A DNA stretch of 64,000 nucleotides from Negaprion brevirostris. Its lineage: Eukaryota. Below, piece after piece: positions 13,760 to 26,199 of the stretch (position 1 is its first letter; each line of letters begins with the position of its first letter). The translations under genes and the position numbers were made by a program. Where the stretch lies: NCBI GenBank assembly GCA_030324005.1, contig JARDVH010000130.1, forward strand, positions 34,726,009-34,790,008, in the 5' to 3' direction. A model generated the notes under the pieces. The model saw only the letters and a list, made by a program, of their open reading frames with translations. It was not told where the DNA came from and searched no databases.

Positions 13760-13955
13760 TCGCAGACAGGGAGATAGTCAAAGCAGATACAATAGTGACT
13801 TTTAAGGGGCTATGGGACAAATACACAAATAGGATGGGAATAGAGGAATTTAGTCCCTGGAAAGGTAGGGGGGTGTTTAGTTCAGACGAGCAGCACGGTC
13901 GGTGCAGGCTTGGAGGGCCAAACAGCCTGTTCCTGAGCTGTAATTTTCTTTCTTA
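13760..13955 (+). mobile_element. CR1-like LINE 3' tail
   Basis: gcagatacaatagtgacttttaaggggc..ggacaaatacac...ggcttggagggccaaacagcctgttcctgagctgtaa. Confidence 0.75.
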
Positions 13956-14099
13956 AGAGTCAACCATATTTAAAGCAAGTAGGATCAGTTATGACAGAGA
14001 ACAGTGCAAGAAGTCAGATATACAAAAAAGCAACCATCTACCCATGTAACAACATCACTGTTTAAGCTGAACAGAAACAATGGTTTAAAAGCTATAGAT

Positions 14100-14390
14100 C
14101 AAGAAACATATTTGGTGCCTTTCATTATCTCGGGACAACTCTAAGCAGTTTAACCAACTAATCACTTCTCTGAAATGTAATCACCGTAATAATGTAGAAA
14201 TTCAATTCAATTTCCACATAGCAAGATTCCACAAACAGCAACGTATAATGACTAGACCATCTGTCCCAGTGATATTGTTTGAGAGGTGTTGACCACAACA
14301 CTGAGAACAACTTTGTCCTTCAAATTGTGCCATGACATTTTTAAGTCCAGTGGACAGCACAGGCAGGGTCCCGGTTTAGACCAGATCCAG
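14100..14390 (-). mobile_element. Deu-domain SacSINE1-like SINE fragment
   Basis: gtaatcaccgtaataatgtagaaa...agcaagattccacaaacagcaacg..ataatgactagaccatctg...cttcaaattgtgccatg...gcagggtcccggttta. Confidence 0.65.
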
Positions 14391-14399
14391 TCTTCAAGG

Positions 14400-16440
14400 C
14401 CTGAGGTCAAAGACTCTGACTACTGGTTCTGTTGTCTTGGTGTTTGTTGAGGAAAACTGGAGGCAGCCGGACGAGGTGATTCTTTGCCACGCACCGAGGC
14501 CTAGATTTCTCCTTACCAGGGCTTTGGAACAATGACGTGAGGAGGCACAGAGGCTTCTTTGAAACACTGGATGAATCCTGGATGTTGCCCAACTATCATG
14601 TCATGACTTTGACTTCTCAAGTTCTTTCAATCATTTTATTATCCTATCATTTTATTCATCATTAATCCTGAACTTTATTCCCTTGTGACTGTATTTCCGA
14701 TTTCATGATATTGTCTTTTATCCTGACAATGGTGTATGATATCAGCACAGAGATATGTGTCGCCTGTTGAGCTGCAAAAATCTTGGTCCATTTTTTCCTC
14801 TTCAATGGCTATCGTCCACCGGCATGCTCCAACTGTGGAATGAAGGAGGCCTTAGTTTAACGTGCATTACTGTTTGTATTCAGTCTTGGTTTTGATGTGC
14901 AGTACCAAAGGAACAGGATTGGTAAAGGGGTCTGCCAATTCTGCTTCTAGCCCTGTGTCAAATTCTAATTCTTGGGTTTTGGTGTTTGCAATCCAGAGTA
15001 ATTTCTTTGTTTGGGGATTTTTTGTAGGTCTCTTTTCTATTGGGGAGCCTGGTGAATTAGTTGCGTGACATGGGGGTTGCATAGCATTTACCTGTTTTTT
15101 TTTAAATGTGCTGCAATCCATGCATTTACACCGAGGGAGTATATTTTTTGGTACCTTTCACTTTATTTATAGACGAGTAACGCCACAGCAGGGTGGCGGG
15201 TTGGTGGTTTGATGATAAAGGCGGTTGGTATGGTCTTACAAGTCCTCATTGTGGATCAGGAAAACCCCCATTAGAATTACTGGGGTTGCGTTTTCTTTGT
15301 ACGTCTATCGTTTTTGGATTAAGGAATCCGTGTTCATCTGCAATGAAGATACTGACACATCATATATCCTGGAAAAGACAAGGGTGTTTTTTTTTCTGTT
15401 GTTGGTCCCTTTGGTGTTGTTGGAGGGGGAAATACGTACTGGTACACATCCTCGTGTACTCACCTAATTCTGGGTGATCTTGCCTTTCCTGGGTTGGTCT
15501 TCTATATTTACTTGGCTGTGCAGGTTGTGACAATGGTTACTTGATTATTTGGTTCATGGAAGATACGGTGGGCATATCAACTTGTTGCTATGGTTTCTTT
15601 GATGAGAGGAAATGGATTGACTCTCATTGATGGCAAGGCTCAAGTGGTGATTCTGGGGTGCCTAAAAAAGGGGTAGTTTCCTTTGTTCAACAAGTAAGAG
15701 TACAGGCCTGTCAGCCCTTATTCTAGTGTGTCGTTGATCCTAGTTTAGCTCAATTGAGTAGATTAGGGCAATAGTAACTGCTTTTATCCAGGTCAGGTCA
15801 GTATCCCGTTTCTGGTAAAGTAATGCTGCTCAGTTCCTTGTGTTCTTTTCGCAAAGCATACACTGCTTGACCATGTCAGGAGTCTGTTGGCAAATCTTGA
15901 TGTTTCTCTCTCTTTGGTGCTTCCTTTCTTTATCTGGGTAGGTAAGATGCGGATACAGGCTCTGATTTGTTATATTTCACTCGAGGGTTACCCCAATATA
16001 TCCTGTTGGTGGGTATCTTAATTTTTTTCTCCTTTCTGTCAGGTTTCCTCAGTGGAAAATGGTTTAGGTTTCTTAGTGATGGTGGGGCTCGAAAAATGCC
16101 GTTGATATGGATACAGAAGAGTCCTAGTATGGTGTAAGAATCCTTAGCCTACTGGCTCCTGGACAATAGTGTACATTGCTAAGCCACATCTTGCAGTGAT
16201 GGCCGTATCCTGACAACCCCCTTTTTCTGGAGTATCCTTTTACTGCTTGGAGGTCTGCGGATGCTATGTTAGGTCCCATTTGGTTGCATTTTCATTTGGT
16301 TGTATCTTGTGTAGCTCTGTCTTTGTTATCCTATGGAGGAGGGCATGCATCTTTGTGCCATGTACTCACTGCTTTATTTTGTTATCCTGAGATTCCCCCA
16401 GTGTTTCTCTTTCCTTTTGCTATGCTCTCATTATCAATAT
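14400..16440 (-). other. Unclassified ~2-kb probable insertion relic (T/G-rich on plus, A/C-rich on minus)
   Basis: Abrupt compositional switch relative to the A-rich plus-strand flanks, with short broken minus-strand reading frames. I recognise no RT, IN or transposase motif. Confidence 0.45.
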
Positions 16441-16609
16441 GAAAAAAGACACCAACTACAATGATGGATAAACTGAATCATTTGTATGAGTATTTACTGA
16501 TCTTTTTCAAATGTACATGTGGAATAATGATGACTTCGTACTGCACTAGATTTTAGGGTTTAGTTGCATTGTGGTAAAATGGAAAAATCTCAATAAAAAA
16601 ATATTGAAT

Positions 16610-16988
16610 GAACTTGCCTCTGCCACTCTCCCAGGAAGGGAATTCTAATAACTACTGACCTCCTTCAGTAAACATTTCTTCTCATCTGTCTTAAATGGGA
16701 AATCCCTTATTTGAAAATTCCACTCTCTCATTCCAGCTTCTCCCACAACGGGAAATGTCTTTCAGCATTCTCTGTCAAGTCCTGCAGTATCTTATATGTT
16801 TTAGTAAGATCACCTCTCATTCTTCTAAATTCCAGCAGATATAGGCCCAGTCTATTTTACTTTTTCCTCACAAGATAACCTCCTCTTTCCAAGAATCAAT
16901 CAAATGAACTTTGTCTGATCTGCTCCTAATGCAATTATATCTTTCGTTAGTGACAAAAACTGTACACACTACACTAAGTGTGGCTTTA
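16610..16988 (-). mobile_element. CR1-like LINE fragment
   Basis: gaattc...aacatttcttctcatctgtcttaaatgg...agatcacctctcattcttctaaattccag...aactgtacacact is the reverse of the CR1 3' ORF2 seen at 24000-24330. Confidence 0.75.
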
Positions 16989-17069
16989 NNNNNNNNNNNN
17001 NNNNNNNNNNNNNNNNNNNNNNNNNNNNNNNNNNNNNNNNNNNNNNNNNNNNNNNNNNNNNNNNNNNNA

Positions 17070-18020
17070 TCATGATAATTTAAGTATCAGATAAGAAACT
17101 CCAAGGAATATTATGAAGTTCGTCTAGACCCCAACTATTTTTGATTTTGGCCTTAGTATGAGCATAAGGTGTCTCGCTCCAGATATGATTCTATTGCAGT
17201 ATGATCTATTTCTTCACCAGGAAAATTTTATTAAAGGAAACTGGATTTAACAACAGTGAAAATGTAATAATTAGCATAACTTTTACCAATCAAAATACTT
17301 AAACATGACAAGGTGATATTCTTAACTGCTAGTTCCAACTTAAGCAATATCCTCAGACGCTAATTTCTCCTAAGAATCAGTTAGCAAAACACAGGTTTAC
17401 ATGAAGTCCCAGTCCTCCAATCTTTTGGGCGCAAGTGAGGGGGAGGGGCGAGGGCAAAAGAGAGAGAGAGGGCAAGGGTGAAAGAGAGAGAGGGGCGAAA
17501 GAGGGGGAGGACGGGGAGGAGAGGGGTACACCAGTCTTCTGACTCTCAGACAGCAGCCTCCAAAGGAAAACATGTTTCATACAGCCAAACTCCAATGAGG
17601 GAGAAAGCACATCTTGCCTTTTGCAGACCTCTGTAGAGAGATACCCATTTTCTAACAGGTCCCCAGACTGCAATTTGCAGACAGAGAGAGAGAAAGAGCG
17701 ACTGTTCTCTTCAAATTCAAACTGCAACTGCTTGTTTTTCCTTTCTAATCAAAAGCCTACCTCCACCCACAATTTTTTTTCTTGTTAATCAAACTATTGA
17801 AACCTAGTCTGGCACCACCAGGGTACAACCCTAATAGAAAACTACATTAGCCCAGATTAAAATAACACTCCAATAGTTAGGATTAATTAACCTTCTCCAT
17901 GCTCAGGTGGGCTGCCCACTGTAGGCAATTCAGCATCATAAAACAGAGCCGATTTATAAGTATACTTGTTACCAGAAACATGATATAAAATGAATTTCTT
18001 AAAGGCACAGTATTAACACA
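17070..18020 (-). mobile_element. Solo LTR-like repeat (copy 1) with an internal purine tract at 17438-17527
   Basis: Shares ttttaccaat.aaaatact.aaacatg.caag, gttccaa.ttaagca, catgtgggctgcc-like blocks and the end atttcttaaaggcac.gtat.a.caca with 19264-19825. Begins with TG on the minus strand. Confidence 0.6.
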
Positions 18021-18039
18021 ATCTGTCACTTTGAAGTTA

Positions 18040-18295
18040 CCTCCATGCTGTGAGTCTGAAGTCACATTCAGGCCTAACTAGGTAAAGACAACAGACGCCT
18101 ACCCTAAAAGGACTTTATTATAGGTTTTACTGACAATCCAGTCATTATTGCTGATATTAGCTTCGAATTCAAGATTTTAAAAATTTAAGGTTAAATTTAT
18201 ATTTGCCAATTCCTGTGGTGGGATTTGAATTGATGTGTCATCATTCATGAAATCCTCAGGATTCATCAAGTAACAACCACTATGGTACCACACCC
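18040..18295 (-). mobile_element. tRNA-derived SINE sharing its body with 20300-20500
   Basis: gaagtcacatt.aggcc..actaggtaaagacaacaga...gtggtgggatttgaa...aaccactatggtacc is the reverse complement of the 20300-20500 body. Confidence 0.6.
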
Positions 18296-19263
18296 CTTTC
18301 ATTATGGACCTCCTTACTCAAGTATCAAAGAATGTGGAAACAGAAAACAGAGGAAGGAGTAGGGGATTCAGGTCTTCAAGTCTGGTCAGCCATTCATTGT
18401 AATCATGGTTGATCATCTAACTCAGTAGTCTGATTTTACCACTCCCTCAATATCTTCTGATTCCATTTGCCCCAAAAGCTATACCTATCTCCTTGAATAC
18501 TCCTTTTTCCAGATGCCTGTACCTACTGTGGCCTTCTATAAACTGCAACTCCAGGCCTCTCAAGTGAACAAATGCAAATTATACTTAGCTACAGAGAAGT
18601 TATTTTCTGAAATTCACAAAATTCAAAGCTACAACTTTGTAACTATAAGTGGTGAACCCGAAACAGCCAAGGCATAATATAAATAGAAGAATTATGAAGG
18701 ATGCAAACAAACATCTGAATATACAGCATACTCAAGTGTGCAGATCAAACTGAGTTTCAGGCAGCCAGTGTGCCAAGGGATTCAGGAATCCATCTCGCTA
18801 TACATCCCAGGATCCAATGAGTATCAACATTTCATTCTAATACCATGGGAGCGTTCAAAAGATGGCTAGATTAGACATCCCATCAATACAATTGAGGCTG
18901 GTGACATATCGGCTTTCAGCCACTGAACATTAAATAGCGTTTATTAAATAGCCATTCTAACATAAGAACATAAGAAATAGGAGCAGGAGTAGGCCATCCA
19001 GCCCTTCAAGCCTGCCCCGCCATTCAATAAGACCATGGCTGATCTGTCGTGGCTCAGTTCCACATTCCCGCCCTCTNNNNNNNNNNNNNNNNNNNNNNNN
19101 NNNNNNNNNNNNNNNNNNNNNNNNNNNNNNNNNNNNNNNNNNNNNNNNNNNNNNNNNNNNNNNNNNNNNNNNNNNNNNNNNNNNNNNNNNNNNNNNNNNN
19201 NNNNNNNNNNNNNNNNNNNNNNNNNNNNNNNNNNNNNNNNNNNNNNNNNNNNNNNNNNNNNNN

Positions 19264-19825
19264 TTTAGATATAACAAATGAATCAGCTTAATTTTTACCA
19301 ATTGAAATACTCAAACATGGCAAGATACAATTCTTATCTGCTAACCTATATCTATTAGTTCCAATTTAAGCATCATTCCTCATAGACTCAAAACTCCCCT
19401 TCAAAAATCAGTCAAACAAAACAGGCTTACGTAGGCTGTTAGTCCTCAAGTCTCTTGGACATCTCTGGAGAGCAATACCGGCCAATTTGTTCGCAAGTCC
19501 CAAACAGCAGATTCCAGAGACAGAAAGGCCTCACATTCTTTGCAGACCTAAACAGCAACTAAACTTGTTTTTCCCCATAAGTTTAATTCCTCTCATTAGC
19601 ACATAACTCTTTCTTTTGTCAATCAACCTAATTAAACTCTACACTGAAATCCAGAGAGAAACCATTTGTTCCAATTAAAAACACCCCATTATCTGGAATC
19701 AATATTCTACATTCTCAGCATGTGGGCTGCCTGAAGCAGGCAGATCGGTACCATTTATATGTTTAACATACTCTTCATAAAAATCTTGATACAGAAACAT
19801 TTCTTAAAGGCACGGTATCATCACA
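19264..19825 (-). mobile_element. Solo LTR-like repeat (copy 2; left end lies in the gap)
   Basis: Homologous blocks to 17070-18020; ends catttcttaaaggcacggtatcatcaca. Confidence 0.6.
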
Positions 19826-19859
19826 CTATGTTCCATTTCAGGCAATAACAAAGTTTTAG

Positions 19860-20290
19860 ACCATTTTCCACACCACGTTACCCCAAATCCAGTCTTCGAC
19901 GTGGGACCTTGTCAAATGTCTTAGTAAAATCCACGTAGACAACATCCACTGATCTACCTTCACTGATCCTTGGCAATTCCTCAAAGAATTCAATCAAATT
20001 TTAAGGCTTGCTCTTCCCTTAACAAAACCATGCTGATTATCCCTTCCTAAGTGATATTTATCCAATCTCTCAGGATTGATTCCAATAACTTTCCCACCAC
20101 CAAAGACAGACTAACTGGCCTACAATTATTCGGCATTTCCTTCACATCCTTTTTAAGCAACAGAATCATATTTGCATTCCTCCAGTCCTCTGGCACCTCA
20201 CCTGTACCTAGTGAAGATCGGAAAATAATCCTCTCAGAATCTATTTCCTCCTTGACCTCTTTCAACATCCTAAGGAACAATCCAAATCTG
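19860..20290 (-). mobile_element. CR1-like LINE RT N-terminal fragment
   Basis: ORF 20047-20280: GEVPEDWRNANMILLLKK...NCRPVSL..VVGKLLESILRD; downstream VYVDFTKTFDKVP. Confidence 0.9.
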
Positions 20291-20299
20291 GGATGAAGA

Positions 20300-20500
20300 G
20301 TCTAATGATGACCATGAAACTATTCTTGATTGTCCAAAAAACCCATCCGTTTCACTGATATCCTTTAGTTAAGAAAATCTGTTGTCCTTGCCTGGTCTGG
20401 CCTACATGTGACTTCAGATCCACATCAATGTGATTGACTTTTAATTGCCCTAAGGGATGAGCAATAAATGCTGGCCCAACACCCAAATCCCAAGAATGAA
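20300..20500 (+). mobile_element. SINE 3' part with a LINE-derived tail
   Basis: aaaacccatccgtttcactgat.tccttta...ggtctggcctacatgtgac.tcaga.ccaca...agggatgagcaataaatgctggcc; the tail is shared with the LINE at 20560-22300 and with 33360-33570. Confidence 0.7.
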
Positions 20501-20559
20501 TATAAAAAGCTCAAGGACCTTTGCTTGAAGCACAAAGGCACTACAGCTATACTTAACCA

Positions 20560-22300
20560 CCCTGTAACAATCTAAAGAAACAGAACCAGTAGCAAAAATT
20601 GTGCAAGATGCTGTAAATGGGATAGATTTCAAATGGGATCAATTTCAAACTGGTCTAGCAATTCAAAGTTTTGTATCCACAAAGTGCTGTGGGCCACCAG
20701 CAGCACAAAAACTGTATATAACCACAGTATGTAACTTTAGGGCCCACTATATCCTCCACTCTACCAAGACAACCAAGCTGGAGGATTAACTGCTTCAGTG
20801 AAGAATAAAAGAGGGCATGCCAGGAACAGCACCAGGCATACTGAAACAATGAGAGCTGTCAACCTGGTGAAGCCACAACACAGGACCACTTGCTTGCCAA
20901 ACATAAGCAGCAAGCAAAGCTAAACAATTCCACAATCAACTGGTTAAATCTAAGCTTTGCAGTCCTGACACATCTATTGTAAATGCCGATGGACAATTAA
21001 AAAACTAACTGGATGCTATACAAATATCCGCACCTTCAACAAAGGGGACCCCAGCACATCAGTGCAAAAGAGAAAGCTGAAGCATTTACAACCATTTTCA
21101 GTCAGAAATGCTGAGTGGATGATCAGTCTTGTCCTCACCATCACAGATGCCAATCCTTAGCCAATTTGATTCACTCCATCTGATATCAAGAAGCAGCTGA
21201 AGGCACCACAAAGACAAAGGGTCCTGACAACAAGACTTGTGCTTCCGAACTTCCCACACCTCCAGGCAAGCTCTTCCAGTAAAGCTACAACACTGGCACT
21301 TACGCAGCAATGCAAAGAATTGTCTAGGTGTGTCTCACCCAGAACAAGGTCAAATCCAACCCAAGCAACAACCACCTCGTCACCCCACTCTCAATCAGCA
21401 AAGTGACAGAAGGGGACGTTGAGTGTGCTACCTGATCCCTTATGCTCTGTTTGGGTTCCAACAGAATCACTCAGTTCCTGACCTTAATATAATTTTGGTG
21501 CAAACATGGACAAAAGAGCTGAACTAAAAGGTACGATGAAGTGATTGGCCTTGATATCAAGATAGCATTTAACCATAAGTAGTATCAAGGGACTCTTGCA
21601 AGGTGAATGGTAATCAGGAAAATCCACTGGTTAAAGCCATATCTATCACAAGAGATGGTTGTGATTGTTAGAGATCAATAATCTTAGTGCCAGGGCATCA
21701 CCACAGAAGTTCCTCAGGGTAATCTTCAAGGCCCAAGCATTTTCTGCTGCTTTATCAATGCTCCATCGCGAGGTCAGAAGTAGGAATCTAAGTTGATGAT
21801 TGCACAATGTTCAGCACTATTCACACCTGCTCAGATGTTGAAGCAGTCCAACACAGGACGTACAAACCTTCCAGGACAAAGCAGTTCACTTGACTGACAC
21901 CTCATTCACGACCTTTAACTTCACTTCCTCCATCAGTGATGCACTGTGGCAGCAGAATGTACTATCTACAAGAGCCACTGAGCAAAACATAATGCTCTTT
22001 CAACAAAACATTCCAAACCCACAACCTCCATCATGTAGAAGGACAAAGACAACAGATGCGTGGGAAGACCACCAACTACAAATTCCCCTGCAACTATACA
22101 ACTTTCTATCCCAAAACTATACATCCATTCTTTCACTGTCGCTGGGTGAAAATCTTGGCACTCCCGCCCTAACACAGAGTGTACCTGTGCCACATGGACT
22201 GTAACAATTCAAGAATGCTACTAAGCAGCATCTTCTCAGGGGCAATTAGGGATAGGGCAAATAATGCAGACCTAGCCAGTGACGATTACATTCAGTGAAA
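20560..22300 (+). mobile_element. Decayed CR1/L2/Jockey-group LINE with RT relic and 3' tail
   Basis: Broken RT motifs LDIKIAF (~21551), VPQG..GP.IFCCFIN (~21709) and VDDC (~21792); tail gggcaattagggatagggcaaataatgc..cctagccagtgacg. Confidence 0.75.
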
Positions 22301-22969
22301 TAACATACATAAAAACAAAACTGCTGCTGCTGTACTTCTTACTGCTTAGTCTCAAATACCTAACAATTAGCAGAAATTTATTTTTCATCATTTCATGAAC
22401 AGTGCCTGTAGGTTTCAAAGAAAGCCTTATCCGTATCATCAGAAGGCAGTGACTGAAGAATTCATTTGTCTTTCCTGTCACCCCATATCAGATTACTTGT
22501 TAGTGCTATCCAAAAATAATGTACATTGATATTTCTAAAATTAGGGGGAAAATATTCAAGTTATTCAACCAAGCTTACTTCTCATGAACTCTTTTCCATT
22601 GAGGAGGAAAAGCACCCCAGTGCCCCCCACAATCATGATACTGAATTATTGCCAATGCCTGATAACAGATTCCAAATGTGGCTTCACCAATACCATTAAA
22701 AACACACATTTGATTCTACATCTATATATAGTGACATATATGGTGATGGATCTGCACAAACAAATGAGTATTTCAACTTGAAGGGCCGGGTAAAAAGAAT
22801 AATGTAGATTTGTTAAGAGTTTCAAGGATGAAAGAGTATCTTTATAATGACAGGTACTCATTCAACAAGATTAAGTTGAGAAACAAAAGTATTTAAACAT
22901 TTAAAATGGTTTGAAATGACAAATAATGATAATTTGCTGACCACACTCCCATTTGATTGGATTCAACAA

Positions 22970-24520
22970 TTGGGTCAGATAATCTACATCCCAAAGCACT
23001 TAAGGAAGTGCCTCTAGAAACAGTGGAAGCATTGGTGGTCATCCTTCAGAATTCTAGAGACTCGAACAGATTGAAAGATAGCTAATGTCACTCCATTACT
23101 CAAAAAGGGAAGTAGAGAAAAAACAAGGAATCACATACCAGTAAACTTTCTCAAATCCATCATCGAGGACATTATAGCAGAGCATTTAGAAAGCAGTAGC
23201 ACAATCAGACAGTCAGCATGGAGTTATGAAGGGGAAAATCACGCTTGACAAATCTGTTGGAATTCTTTGAATGGCATGGACAAGTTGGGCCAAAGGGCCT
23301 GTATCCATGATGTAAACCTCTATGTAGCTAGTAGAGTTGACAAGGGGGAACCAGTCAATGTGGTATATTTGGACTTTCAGAAAGCACCTGACAAAGTCCG
23401 CATAAGAGATTACTGTGCAAGATTAAAGAGCATGGGATTGGGTGGTGTATTGAGATGGATAGAAAACTAGTTGGCAGAGTGGAAATAAGGAGTAGGAAAT
23501 TATGGGTCATTTTCAAATTGGCAGGCAGTAACTAGTGGGGTGCCACAGGGATCGGTGCTGGGACCCCAGCTATTCACTATATATTAATGATTTGGATGAG
23601 GGAACAAAATGTAACATCTCAAAGTTTGCAGATGATACCAAGTTGGGTGGGAGGATGAACTGAACTGGATGCAGAGATTCTTCAGCATGATCTGGACAGG
23701 GTGGGTAAGTGGGTAAATCAATGGCAGATGTAGTATAATTTGGATGTGAGCTTATTTACTTTGGAAGAAAAACAAGAAGACAGATTACTACCTGTACGAC
23801 TGTAAATTGGGAGAGCGGAATGTGCAGCAGGACCTGGTGTCCCGCGCACCATTCACTGAAGGTAACCATGCAGGTGCAGTAGGTGGTAAAGGCAGCAAAT
23901 GTTATGCTGGCCTTCAATACAAGAGGCTTCGAGTACAGGAGCAGGGATATGTTGTTGCAATTATATAGGAGCTTGGTGAGGCCACACCTAGAGCATTGTG
24001 TGCAGTTTTGATCCCCTTTTCTGAGGAAGGATATCTTGCTCTTGAGGAAGTGCAGCAAAGGTTTACCAGGCTGATTCCAGGGATGATGGGACTGATGTAT
24101 GAGGCGAGATTGTTTTCGTTGGAACTCAGATGAATGAGGGGGAATCTCAAGAGACCAAAATTCTAACAGGACTAGACAGGGTAGATGCAGGGAGGATATT
24201 CCCGATAGTGGGGGAGTCCAGAACCAGAGGTCAGTCTGAGGATTCATGGTAGACCATTTAGAATGGAGATGAGGAGACATTTCTTCACCCAAAGAGTGCT
24301 GAGCCTGTGGAATTCATTACCACAGGAAGTAGATGATGCCAAAACACTGAATGTATTCAAAAGGTGGCTAGATATAGCACTTGGGACAAATGGAATCAAA
24401 GGTTACGGGGAGAAAACAGGATTAGGCTATTGAGTTGGACGATCAACTATGATCGTGATAAATGGCAGAGCAGTCTTGAAGAGCCAAATGGCCTCCTCCT
24501 GCTGCCATCTTCTATGTTTC
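22970..24520 (+). mobile_element. 5'-truncated CR1/HER1-like LINE (RT domain to 3' tail), frameshifted
   Basis: VYLDFQKAPDKV (~23362), [24 protein letters not shown] and KFADDTKLGG (~23535-23650); tail gagccaaatggcctcctcctgctg...tctatgtttc. Confidence 0.95.
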
Positions 24521-24559
24521 ATTCCTATAATAACTCAATACTGATCTGGCTTCCTAACA

Positions 24560-24860
24560 TATTCTACTACCCTACCTTTGCCATTATTAACATTCTTTAG
24601 TTCCTAATAGTATTAACAACCTCTTTGTCTCATGTCCATGACACTTTGTCAATCTCTCTTTAGCTCCAATTTATCACTGACTTTGTCACCATCCCCCCAG
24701 TATACATCAACATTTTTATGTCAGGTTCTACAGAAGGATCATATGGACTCAAAACGTTAGCTGTGCTTTTCTCTCCAGGTGCTGCTAGACTTGCTGAGTT
24801 TATCCAGCATTTCTGTTTTTATTTTCAGATTTTGAGCATCTGCAATATTTTGCTTTTTGT
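24560..24860 (+). mobile_element. Penelope-like terminal repeat with a decayed hammerhead core
   Basis: ttctacagaaggatcatatggactcaaaacgttagctgt...gctgctagacttgctgagtttatccagcatttctg; reverse copy at 57165-57260. The core is mutated (ctacaga in place of CUGANGA, aaaa in place of GAAA). Family assignment is from memory. Confidence 0.55.
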
Positions 24861-25359
24861 TTTAAACATTTCATAATGTAAACAGTTCATTAAGCCAATG
24901 ACTTAACAGCTACTCAAGACTGACTTCAATATTACCTTAAGTCCATGGCAAAGATATACCAAATGACACGGTTAACTGAGAAGAAAATACTCAAGTGATG
25001 TTTGTGTTCAGCTTTTCAATCCCTGTAGACATAGCAGACATCAAAGGAGACACTTTGCTTCAATCTAGAATTAAGCTGCATTTCTAATCATAACAGGAGA
25101 CAACAACCAAAAAATGGCTAGACCATTGATATATCTACGCATCAAAATAATCAGCTTGTCCAGCTGATGGTGTTAACAGAAGCAGATGGATGGAAGGAAA
25201 AAATAAGCGCTGGGATGGAAGAGCAAGATATCCTCCCCATGGAAAGAAGAAAAATCAGGTGATCTGGGGAGATCTTATAAATTTTCTACCACCCCACTGA
25301 TTCTTAGAAGCAGTACTGACACCCTAGAATAATATTCTGCTTAACCAAGTGGAGCATAC

Positions 25360-25571
25360 TGAAAAAGGTACAAAAGTCTGAAACCTCAAGAACAGCTCCT
25401 TCCCTGCTGCCAACAGACTTTTGAGTGGACCTATCATGCATTAAGCTGATCTTTCTTTACACCGTGACTGGAACACTACGTTCTGCACCCTCTCCTTTCC
25501 TTCTCCACTACCTACTCTATGAACGGTATGTTTTGTCTGTATAGCACGTAAGAAATAATACTTTTCACTGT
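25360..25571 (+). mobile_element. Rex1/Babar-like LINE 3' tail
   Basis: Reverse complement of the 59450-59650 tail (aacagct.cttccctgctgcca.ca.actttt...ctgcaccctctc.tttccttctc). Confidence 0.75.
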
Positions 25572-26199
25572 NNNNNNNNNNNNNNNNNNNNNNNNNNNNN
25601 NNNNNNNNNNNNNNNNNNNNNNNNNNNNNNNNNNNNNNNNNNNNNNNNNNNNNNNNNNNNNNNNNNNNNNNNNNNNNNNNNNNNNNNNNNNNNNNNNNNN
25701 NNNNNNNNNNNNNNNNNNNNNNNNNNNNNNNNNNNNNNNNNNNNNNNNNNNNNNNNNNNNNNNNNNNNNNNNNNNNNNNNNNNNNNNNNNNNNNNNNNNN
25801 NNNNNNNNNNNNNNNNNNNNNNNNNNNNNNNNNNNNNNNNNNNNNNNNNNNNNNNNNNNNNNNNNNNNNNNNNNNNTAAAAATATTTAGCGAGGCAGCCT
25901 CCACCACTTCAACGGGCAGAGAATTCCAGAGATTCACCACCCTTTGAGTGAATGAAGCAAGCATAAAGTGATTGTGATTGGTTTATGCTTGTAATCGATT
26001 TTGAAAACTTGAATGGCCTTTGAATCTTGGAATATGCCACTTTGGCTAGCTACAAGGATGTGAACTGAAGCTTCTCAACACTCTTGCTATAGCTTGTATT
26101 AAAATATCTGTTTAAGAAAACCCTGGTCCTTATCCGGTTACTGAAAGGGTTAAGCTATGATCAATTAAAAGGCTGACATTAAAGCCCATAATACCCTCT

